NCBI GenBank assembly: GCA_004764695.1
Contig: SMSO01000006.1
Coordinates: forward strand, 821,859-885,858
Direction of reading: 5' to 3'
Length of the DNA stretch: 64,000 bases
From: Schizochytrium sp. TIO01
Taxonomy: Eukaryota; Protista; Bigyra: Labyrinthulomycetes
Part shown: positions 32,615-44,400 of the stretch, in pieces
Position numbering within the stretch: position 1 is the stretch's first letter
How the letters are laid out: every line of letters begins with the position of its first letter
Translations under genes and position numbers: made by a program
The notes under the pieces: generated by a model
Told to the model about the DNA's origin: nothing
The model's database searches: none
The model's input: the letters and a program-made list of their open reading frames with translations, nothing else

Positions 32615-35600
32615 TCTTCGACATAAGCGGCCATGACGTAGCGCAGGTAGATTGAGGACCAGCACAGTAGAGGATGTCAAGGCTGTTGAAGCCTTTTAGG
32701 CAGCAGCAGAAGAGTTCTTTGCGACCACAGAAAGGACCAAGAAACGAAGAAACCTCGAAGAATTCACTCATCGTAATGCGGCGATGGCAGGACCAAGTAG
32801 CAGGTGTCTAGGGTGTTCTAGGTGCGGAGCATGATACCAACCAACCAACCAACCAAACATGCCATGCCATGCCATGACATGCAGGAGCGGCGAGCTGGAT
32901 GGACAAGGTACCGCTGTGATTTGTGCCTGCAATGAATGGCAATCCCCGGGTGCATGAATCCACGCTGATGCTGCGTTCGCATCTGAAGCTTGCAGGCAAC
33001 GCTCCCAAAGATTGAGGATCAGCATCCATAGCTGTTCTTTACTTGGAGAATTAATCCTTCATTCACTCTTTCTCTCAGCTCTCTTTCTTCTGTTGTTCTT
33101 ATTTCTTCACTCTTTCCCTAAAATAAAGAAAGAAAGAAAGAAAATAGTAGGCTTTGCAAAAAGAAAAGAAAAGAAGAACAAAACAAACAGGTTAATAATA
33201 ATAAATAAGCCGAGAGAAGAGAGAACTTTGTGGAACATGTGAAAAAAAGTCAGAAACAAGAACTGAGAGCCCCACCGCGGAGTGCGACGGGAAAGATAAT
33301 GCCAAGGCTCCGGACGGCCGCACAATCAATGGGTCGATCGAGCGAGCCGTGGAAAACGCCAAGCTGTGCCAGGCAGTAGGTACTGAGCTAGCATCGCACT
33401 AATCGTTTGTGCGAACTTAGACTGCGATCTCAAGCGTTCGAAGCGCCTGCATTTCAAGGCACATTGAAGGCCCAGCTCGCCTGCACAGCGGCAATGGCTG
33501 AAGGACCCACGTCTGGTTCTACGCAGAGACGCGAGACCAGACCCAACCAAGGGCGCCCAGGCGGTAACGAGGGCCTCGGTCGAGCACGTTCGTCGCATCT
33601 CAAGCTGATTCTCAAACAACGCCTGGTTCTCAAAGAGCGAACGAAAGAAATCCGCGAGGATGCCGTCTCCAAAATCCGAGGCGTAGCAGAATAAAAGTCT
33701 TCGGGTCTTCTCTCCTTCGCAGGTGCAGTGGGAAGTCGCCCGAAAGCAGGAGCAGGAGCAGGAGCAAGCAAGCAAGCAGCTCGCTGTCGTCGCTGTAGCA
33801 GGTGTCACCACGGTGAGGCCCTGCCCATGGCGCCGGTACCGAGGTACACATTCTCTGACGCCACCACGAGAGTATTTGAAAACCATCTGAAGGGCTTCAA
33901 GCCCAGGCGGCAAGTCGAACTCGGGCAGCAGCCTCGGGCGCGAGCAGGTGGCACCCGCTCCTCGAGTGAGGTTTCACGCGCGTACGCGGAAGCCTCCAGA
34001 AGCGCCGCCCGCTCGCCCGAGGTTGCCTACCTTCTTTTCGCTCGCTCGGCCAGGAACTTATTTGCAGCGCAACCCGAGGTCTTCCGCGAGCAGCCTCGTT
34101 GTCCACGTTGCCCAGGTCTCTGGCAAACCCGCGGCGCAACCCGACGATCGAGCGGGACGCGGGCCGGCGCCAGGCGAGCGCCCGCGAGAGCAAGCGCCTC
34201 CGAACCTGTTGCACTCGTTCACGTTCTGCCTACTCTAGGAGCGATTTGAATCACAGCCAACGCGGCGATTTGAATCTTCGTCTTTGTATCTTCGAAGAGT
34301 CAAGTGGGACTGCCGCAACCCCAATTTGGGAAGGCAAATGCGTTGCGCAGGTCAAGAATTTGCAACTTCTGAATGCATGAAATGAATAAATGAATGAATC
34401 AATGAATGAATGAAATGAATGAATGAAATGAGTGAGTTGATTAATAACTTGGATTTTGGACGGCATGCGCAAGATAAAGAAAGAGACCCTATGGGAGTGC
34501 TGCACAACCCCCTTTGCGGTGGAGAAAGTAGAATAGGTGAGCGATACTCTGCGGTTGCTTGCTACCCTCGACCACGCCTCACTTGCTTGGAGAGAATGCC
34601 GGAGAGGAGTTGGATTCATCCCACTAGTACACCTTTCGCATGAGCGATGTGGAAATTCTTCAACGTGCCATAGCACGAACTCCAAGGTGGTTCGCGACGT
34701 AAAAAGGTACGAAGGTGCTGCCTTCCTACCTACCTGCCACAGCGGCGGTGAAACCAGTGGTGGTTTGTGCAGCGTGAAACAACGGTTCACGGATGAGCCG
34801 TGAATGTCTCAGTGCATGGAAGTATGATGTCCTCGTCGAATCACTGGCGGACGGTAGCTAATTATCTGGGCAAGCGAGCGAGCGAGCACAAGCTTTCACG
34901 ACAGCATCACCGTGACCATCGTAGCGAGGAGGACGACAGGAATTCATTGTGGCCTTCGACGAAGGCCATTCATTCTTGGCAGAGAACATTGGAGAGCCTC
35001 ATGCATTTCTTACCTTCAGTTCTACGATGCAAGCTGCCAGAGAAACGAAAGCTCTCGCTCCAGGGTCACCTGCATCTCCAAAGCCACTGGCTTGGCCTTG
35101 CCCAGTTTCTATGATAGCCTCTGGCCACTGATGCTCTGCTTGGCGGTACACAAAATCTGTAGTCTCATGCTCTCAGAACCAGCTGGTATGAAAATATCAA
35201 CTTCCGCCGCCCAAGGCCTCGCTAGCCAAAGAAAGGTGTTCTCCGTGCCGAATCTCGAAGTCTTGAAGAGCCGTGCGCTCAAGATGGGTTGCGCAGGTTT
35301 ACATTCTCAGAGTAATCGTCGATGATTGATTGATCGATCAATTGATCAATTCCCTTCTTGTTGTAACTTAACTTGAAGTTTTTCCAATCTAATATTGATG
35401 TTCTGTAGTAGGCTAACCTAAATAGAACTAGAATCAAACAGTATTGAACGGAGTGGAGTTTATTTTCGATTTAGGCTCCACTGGGATCCTCAAGATTCCA
35501 CGGAGATTCGCTACGTCAATCGCTCGTAGTGAGAAATCCTGACCTGGCACGGCCATTATAGAGAGGCGGAAGTCGGAAGCGAGAAGCGGAAGGAGAGGAC

Positions 35601-35718
35601 ATACGTACTCAAGGATGGCACGAACAAACAGCGATCGATGAGTGACGTGGAGCTGTCTCTCCGGTCTCCGTCTCGCCTATTTTTGCAAGTTTGTCGCAGA
35701 CCTTTCAACCTCCAAGCT

Positions 35719-35770
35719 TTAAAGCTTTTCTTTAAAGCCTTTCTTTAAAGCCTTTCTTTAAAGCTTTTCT
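35719..35770. repeat. 13-bp tandem repeat (TTAAAGC[C/T]TTTCT x ~4)
   Basis: Directly visible. Confidence 0.8.
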
Positions 35771-38700
35771 CATTAATTAAAAAAAATATATATATATACA
35801 TTTGAAATATTAATAGAATCTTTTTAATTTTCAAATGAACTAAAGGAAGTCGTCTATTAGTGTTGTCTTCGTTTCTCAAGGTTCCCCTTTTCCTTTTCTG
35901 TCCTTCCTTTGTATTTTATTCTCAAGTCATCTTACTTGGTTTCGTTTAAATGAACTTTCTTTCATTTATCAGTACCTGAGGCTTTCTATCAGTTAGAAAA
36001 TGTTGACTTTAAACAGAGTGTTTGTGTCTCGACAATGATGATTAATTTAAACAAAAAGAAAAAGAAATTGAAACTCTGCATGAAATGGTTTTTTTTTTTT
36101 TTTTTTTTTAAACTATCTCACCTCATAGCTTATTTGAATAAAATACCGAGTTGGAATCACTGAGTACCAAATCCTAAGCTACTACTACCTCTCCCGTAGG
36201 TTAGTTAGTTGGTCGATGAAGAAAAAGAAAGCACCTTGAAAACAATGTAGTACATAAGTATTTGTTCATACCAAAAGCTGAGATAGTGGTCCCTAAACTC
36301 TTTGCTGATTCTGAATTCGTTTAGAATGATCCTCACTGACACTCACTCACCTCCACTAAGCTTAAGCGTAACTGAGGGCCGAAGTTATTGGAGTTTCAAG
36401 TCTTGACATCTGCCGTCTTGACTTGACTTGACGAGAACGCGTTCCTGAACGAAGCCTCAGGCTCTTCGAGTGTCCCTTTGACTGCTTAGTCTGTATTTAT
36501 TTGACGGCAGCCAGCCATCTCTGCATTTTAAAATTGGTATTATTATTATTATTAATTATTATTATGTTTTTATGAATAAGCCGAATGAAGGAATCGCTTT
36601 CTCTTCTTCTGCTCCCTTCAAGTTGTCGCTAAACAAGAATAATAGAGGTACGTGTATGCAAACATATGACCTTTGAATGTGTGCCAAGAATGTAAAACTG
36701 ATGATTGTGTGGATGCACCAGGATTATTTGAGGGAGATGAAGGCTGCGACAACCACCCACCACGTAGGACCAATCATCTTGAGGAGCAAGTATGGCCTGC
36801 TTTGATGGGAAGCAGCTTAGATTTGGGCCCTTGGCAAGCAAGCCATCAGTTAGACACTCCGCCGACGTTGCGAACGATGCCATGTTTCGGCTAGGAACCT
36901 CGTTATTAGGTACCTAGGTCTGTCTGAGCTTTGAAGAAGGACATTTCGGAAACGGGGTTCCTTTTCTACTGCTCCTGGGCTTGCAGAAAATGAAGAGATT
37001 GCGATTCCACACATCGTGAGAATCTCATGTGATGGACATCGTTCGAGCAAACTGCAATTTTACTTTCCGGCGTATGATAACGATTTGGCATTAGTGCAGC
37101 GAATGTCTCTGTTCTAAGGAAATTTCATTGAGGTGCTGCTGGCTAGGCAGGCAGGGAAACGTGCACAGAAGTTGTTATTCTAGTTACCTCTTCCTTAGCT
37201 TCTTCATGGATTGAAGTCCATGAACGCTTTCAGTTCTCAACCAAGATGATCATGATGGTGGTTCGAGATGATCAGGTGCTGGCTTAACAAAAGGCTGACA
37301 TAGTGGAGATTGAGAGATTGCAACGACATGGTCTTTTCTCACGAATTCATGCCAGAATTAACCTGTCAACGCTCGCGAGTTGGAGCACGATGACCGTAAC
37401 ATTCCATTGATGCAGACTTAATCTTGGGCAACTTTTGTTTGTAGCATATTCTTGTGTAAATTCCGCAGATAACGGTGCCACGCTGCAATACCTGCTTGAA
37501 AGACAATTGGCTGGCGTAGCTTCCATGATGACGCTAACTTGATGCCGATTTCTTACAAACCATCGCTGAGCAAATGCTTCTCGTTTGTTCAAGGGCCGAC
37601 TCTGCAAGGCACAAAGCCGCTCCGAAGTGTCATATACGGAAAACCAGACCTACCTTCTTTAAGTTAGGACACTTTTGCTGCCACCGCACGCACGCACGCA
37701 CTAGAAGCAAAGGAATCTCTGCGCGCTAGTGCAGTCTATCATGAGTTGAGGTGCAACATTTTCGTAGAATTGCCGAATATGTCGAGCGGGTTCACTTCAA
37801 AATTGAACCAAATGCAGAAGAAACCTTTATTGATAGACCGGGTTCCAAGGGTGCCGGAATAAATTAAAGGGCGACGTCCGCCACGGGTTCGGACTATTTA
37901 TTTACTTTCGTTCGGGCATTGAATCCCTGCCGAAAGACGAAAACAAAATATCACGCCTGCCGCACTCCAGCTACTGACCATTACTTTTTGTTAGAAATTG
38001 CAATTCTCAAAGCTTCCTCCACCACAACCCCTGCCAACATCAACGTTGATCGTGACAATCGGCGAGGATTCATCATGGATCATGACAACACAACGTTCGC
38101 TCTTCATGGACTAGCTGTCATGCTTGCGTGCGCTCTCAGCCATTGAATGAATGACCTTGATCTCTTCGAATTCGGAGATGACATTACCGTACGTGCCTTC
38201 GTGCCCACAGAAATAACACTAATAGAAAAATATTAGTACAAAATATAAAACGAAGAGAGCTTCGAATAGCTAGCTAGTAGTAGCTACTACTTAGGAAACA
38301 CCCGAACGAGCGTCAAACTGATATCGTGATCGTGAATAATGATCACCATCCGGATTCCGGACGACATGCAGTATCGAAGTCCTCAGGTCACGGATCTGTC
38401 CAAGATGAAAACAAACCGCATCTCGCGTTGCCAGCCAAGGCGCTGATCTTCGCGATGACCATTGCCGACGACAACATGATGCCTGCCAGCGCCACGCTGG
38501 ACCTTCCATGAATCTGAATGGAATTGAGAGTTCCGCAAAGGAGGAAGGAGGCATCCTGCTTTGCATCCATCCATTCATTCATTCATTCATTTACAGAATA
38601 ATGAACTCGGGTCACATCAAGCACATGAGGATCTCGATGTGCTGCCTTTGTTGAGCTTTTTGAGAGTGTTTTGAGAACAGAGTTGCTCTTATTTCAGGCC

Positions 38701-41439
38701 TGAGCTGGCCAGCTGCAGGCCCTCGAAATAAATGGCAAGATGACAGATTTGATGAAATCTGGCATCATCGTCGATCGATCGATCGATCGAGTGAGTCAGT
38801 GAGCGAGTGAGAGTGAGCGAGTGAGCGAGTGAGTGAGTGAGTGGTTTGCATTTGCGATCTGTGCAGGATGATGCCAAGACAACTTGAATGTCCGGAATCG
38901 GCACGGCCACCGACTCTCCGCGGGTTACAAGTCCGTACTTGTCGTAAAGTGCCGAGGCTACAAGTTCTTCAGCTTCCAATGAAGATCAGAGGATTTTAAG
39001 ACTTGAGCCCGTCAAGAGCAGTAAGTAAGTAAGTAAATGACAGCAGCGCCAAAACTGATTCTCCGCAGTTATGCAGCGCCTTCGTGTCTCGCTAATTTAG
39101 TCTTTTGCACGCCCCATTGCTTTGAAGCAGATGGCCTTGAGGGGATTAAGAAGCAAGTCTGTCTGGCGCTCGAAATTTAATTGGCTGCCTAAAAGCGAGC
39201 GAGTGAGCGAGTGAGTCTGTGAATGTGCGAGTGTCTGCGTGAGTGAGTAAGTGAGTGAGTGGCTGCCTGAACCTGGTTTCTCCAAGTTGCCTGTAACCAC
39301 CCAATCTCTTCAACTTCTTGAGTGACCTTGCACTGGAAGTTGGTTTCCTGCAAGGACGATAAATAAACCGTCCGAGTCGTCCCAGAACCAGTGGTAGCAG
39401 GGGAACATCGTGAACATACTAACCATAAAGAGCAGATCGAGTTAGCATCATGAATCTTGAAAACTGTTGTTAGTAGCTTTAGGTACTACGTAGGTAGCAG
39501 ATACTTTTTACTTTTTCACTTTTTGATATTTTATGTATTGAAAGCTCAGCTCTTTTTTCTTCTGAGTTCTTTATTTTTAATTTTAATTTAACATTATTTT
39601 ATTTAAAATAATTAGATAGAAAATTAGATAGCATGAGAAACTTTTATTGCCATGGGAACTACAGCATATATCAGTCAGAGACTATGACACTGCAACATGT
39701 GATTCACGTGGCACTTGTGTACTCGTATACTTGTATCGCAAGATTTTTTAGTTTTGTTTTTGTTTTTCCTATCGTAAGAATATTTGCATTATGGTTTGTA
39801 GTATTATAGCGATGGCCATGCAGGAGTGAATTTTGCTTAGCTGGTATGCATGCGGTTTTGATAATATTCTTTGATTAGACCAAGCATCAACCAGCTGAGT
39901 CGTTTTACTTTTAACATTGTTTCTGACTATTTCCCTCCTCCAACAAAATATAACAAGTAGTATGACATTGTAAAATAGGAATAAATCATACTTGACTCTA
40001 ATTTCAAATATATTGAGAACATCACATATCCTGCCAAGCAGCAACTACCCAACAAAATCTGCCGAAATTTTTTTACCTCTAAAGATTGATTTCGTTCCCG
40101 AGTGTTCATGCAATTAGAAAAAAATCAATTTCTAACAGAATCTTCTCAAAAATGAGATAAATGCATAACAGTTGAAACCTGCTAGACAAATCATCATGTT
40201 TGCACAGTACTTTACCAGAGAACTCTGACCGGAGTTCGGGAACATATCCTAATCATGAACCTCATATGAATATTTATGTTTCATCTTCGAGAGTGCAAGG
40301 TTGTATCGTTTCGTCTTTATCAGCCTACAGTAATAGTTAATATTCGGTTAGCAGCACATCTCAGATTAAGGAACGCCATTCCCTTGCGCTCAATTACACA
40401 CTCTAAATTACAAGAGCTTATAAACTCTAAAGTGCTGGCAATGTGGTCGAACAAATATGGTGGGTTCATAATATGGACAAATCGAGTTAGTTTTTCTAGT
40501 TGATGGCTTTCAGGATTGCATTTATAAACTTTGGTTTCGCTATATACAATATTAAACTATGCAGTGGTAATCTAAGAGGTTCCTTGACTAATTATTGCAA
40601 TACAATGAGTTGTGTGTGCTAAATAAGTTGAAGTGAGAATGCCAATCCCAAATTCTGCGGAGTGAAACGATCAGAACACAAGCCCCTCGCCGTTATGCCA
40701 AGAAATGTACAAGCTTGTTCAGGACCGTATAGCATGTTTCCTTATCCCTTAATGTCCAATACCTCCAGCGACTACTTTCGCTCAAATTAATTTACTAAGT
40801 TGCCAGAATGATGGTTTGCTCGATTTTGACTGAATCTGTAGACCGACATCTATGTAGTTGTTTCGAGCACGCTAACCCGTTAATTGTATTTTTATTTGGT
40901 TAAACCTTTTCACAGGTACTAATGTACAATGAAAATAGCACGAGAATAATGACGAACGACGAAGAACGCATGAGATTGACACTCGTTTTTATTCCTTACT
41001 CTGCAGAAGAAGCCCGTTTTTCTTCGTTGTTGGACCACAGAAGAGCCTAACAATGAAACAAAAACAAATGCCTATTTTATATAACGGTAAGTGGCTAATA
41101 TAGCTACTCGAAGACTATCAGGAGCACGATTTCGCATAATTTGACGATTCCTGATAGATTTATTGACCCAAGGGCGCTTTGCACCATCGCTGCAAGATAA
41201 CTCAACCAGCCCCTCGGGCTGAAACTATATGATCTCGTTGGGGAAGGCTTGCGGACCTAAGACATTTGGGTCTTTGAGTTTTCCTTTCGTCCATTGTTGG
41301 TCTTCAATAAGATCTTATAGGCGATCGAGTCTGAGTCAAGCCGTATCGCTGGAATAGAGCACCTTGTGGAGGCTTTGCAACCTTTAGTACGTTGCAACTG
41401 TGCAATATAAAGAGAAGGTGCTAGTTCTGAGTGGAGTTC

Positions 41440-44400
41440 ATGAGTTGCAATAGAGCAACGAGCTTCCAGACTCAAGATGCTTCTGCCAGGACTAGGAAAA
41501 CCTTCAAAAATGAAGAACTCTGTACACAGACTATCAAAAAGACCAGACAAGTTAGAATAAGACACCCATATGCACCAGTTAGACTGAAAAGAGGCGCTAG
41601 AGGACAAGGACTTTCATTAGGGTGTAGTTTTATCGCATTCACGTTTTTGGTGCAATGCGTTATACTTGCAACTTTCTGCTGCGAGAGAGGATTTGCCACA
41701 GGGTTACCTTCACGAAATAATTCTACAACCTCTGTGAACTCATTGTCAACGCAAGGTACTGTTGAAGGAAGCACCTGGCTACAAGCAACAATGCATAACA
41801 ATAGGACCGACGAACTGGAGAACTTGCGGTCAATTACTGTCCCTCCACGCAAAGTACGTTTGTTATCAAAGTCAACAGTTCAAGCCTTCGTTGGTCCTAG
41901 AATCATATCTGCTAGATATACTTTTGAAGGAACTCAGATTGCGGTAGAATTTGAAGAACCTGCTTTTCACGGTGAAACCCTCCGAGCAGGATGGTTTGAT
42001 TGTGAAAATGTGATAATAATCAAAGAACCTCTAGGTCGTTGCCAATGGTTAAGGCATATGCGAGGCCTGCTTGTCGAGCCCACACTTCGCGCACCAATCC
42101 GCGAACTCGCATTTTTCGAGGGGGCACTAGCATCCGAACCTGAATTATCATCTTTACAGATAATTACAGTCGACCAGCCAGTCTCTCTAGATCTCTCGAC
42201 ACCGTTGCTCCGAGCCTCTTCCTCGATTTCGCGTTCCTGCGACGACATGTCTATGAATTTAGAATACACACCTATCCTGCATCTCGATGCATCGCAAACT
42301 CGCAATACTCCACTACTCACCTCGATCAGCTTTCTATATCGCATTACTCAAAACGAAGAAGCTATTCAAAATTGCCAGTTCCAAAGTGACGAAACAACTC
42401 CCGATCTATCTGATCTCACATGCAACTTTGACGTAAGCATACTAGATAAGAGCGTCTCCCAAATTCAAGTTGCGGTTCGTGTGCAGAATGTATTTGGCCA
42501 TGTATCGCTTACACCTTGGCAATCCGTAACAATATATGAAACAAATATCCCGCGCCTTGTTGTAGATCAGCCTAGTCTCAGTCCTATTGCACTAGCAGAT
42601 ATTCGTCCTGTGCGGGCATCAGTTGAATACTGCAATGGTTCATTAGTCCGAGAACCAGAAATTTATTGGCAAGTCAGAGAAACATCAGGGACACTCGATG
42701 CTGATCTCGAGGATTTAATGGTGCCTACAGCCGATAAATCCGTAGTGCAACTGGCCCCGGCACGTGCGAAACTAGCCAATCTGATCGGTCTCAAAGTTCA
42801 AATCAAAGCGACTGCATCAATAAGTCACTTGTCTGGAACCCTTTCAACAAGTTATATTTTTTATGTCACCATTGAGCCGTCGCAACTCCAGGTCCAAATT
42901 AGTGGAGGAAATCGTACAATTGCTCATGGGGATACGAATAGCTTCATGCTTGATGGAAGCAATTCATTAGATCCAGATCACTGGCGCACGCCAGCTATTC
43001 CCCTCGTGTATGAATGGCGATGCGCCCCTGCACGTGCATGTCTTGCATTCAGTATCCATGTGTGTGATATTGATGATGTTCCACGCCCTGGTTCATGGCA
43101 GGTAACCTCCTGGTCCGGTCATCAAGCTCCTCAAGTCGATGAGTTTGTACACGTTGTGTCTAACTATCCTCGTTTGCAGGTAGCGATGCTTGCTGCAGAA
43201 AAAGAAAGTGTTCGCAACGATGACATGATCCATTTCTGGCTGCAGATTAAGGCTGGAGATGGTCGGATGCGTCTCGTTGAAAACCCTCTGCAGCTCAGAG
43301 TAGTGCCTTCGTCAATGCCAGCAATTGCATATATTAGCCAGGTCCCAGATATTTTATCTCCAGGGTCGACGAGTGAGTTTCACGGAACCTGTGATACAAG
43401 TACAAGCACATCCACCAAAGCGGAGGACCCTGTTCGTCCTGTGTGGGGCTTGAAGCATCCAGAAACAGCTACCCAAGTTTGGTTCCAAGATGACGATACG
43501 CTTCTTCATCGATTTCATCATGTTGTTGCAAATGGTTTAGTGCTCCTTGTGAATACTACTGAACTTTTGCGTAATTTCCCGGATGAGGACCACTTTACAT
43601 TCTTGCTACAATGCCGGCACGAAAGTTTTGCCAACTCGGCTGTCATCACCGCAACTGTACCATTCTACCCGAGGCCCAAGGGATTATATATAGCAGCAGC
43701 CCCTTACAATGGTAATGTACATGGGGTAAAGTTTGACCTTAGTACATGGGGTTGGGTAGATTCTAATCCGCCTTTACGTTTTCACTTTCAATACAACGTT
43801 TTGAACTCTCCAGAAGTAAGCGAATCACTTGTTTTGTCGACCTCAGTCAGACCGCAAGCAAGTCAGCAATTTTCATTCCCAGACCTTGGTGGCAGTCAAA
43901 TTAGAGTATATGCGGTTGGAGTTAACGTAAGGGGGGCCATGCGAAAGATTTCGAGAAGCATTGTCTTGACACTAAGCTCTGCAACTCATGATAATTCGCA
44001 TACTACACTGTTAGGCTTGGAGAACTCTATACCAAGATTCGTGGTGGACTGGGCTCTCTCGGCCGGAACAGGTGACACGCTCCAATCTCTTGTCACTTTC
44101 GTAAATGCTGTTAAAGCTCAGGATGTTCTTGAACATTTCCAGTCAAAAGGTCGACTTGAAGTTGCATGTGCCTTGCAAAGCCTCATGTGGCAACGGTTGC
44201 GCTCAATGGTGACTATGTCATTTGTCTTACCACAGGATTTTCCAGCCTTTGCCATGGAGGTTTCTAGTGTGTATTTGGCCATGCTTGGTGCATTTTCTAA
44301 ACTTTATGCGCCGGCAAGGCTTCACGCTGTTGAATGCCTAGCAGATCTCGTTGAGTTTTGGGCACGATTAAGCCCTCTTCTAAAAACTTTAGACCACGCG

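Noticed and set aside
33326-34790. ORFs of 170-195 aa in the GC-rich island
   Set aside because: Arg/Ala/Ser-rich, overlapping on both strands, with no domain motifs or codon bias. Typical of GC-rich non-coding DNA.
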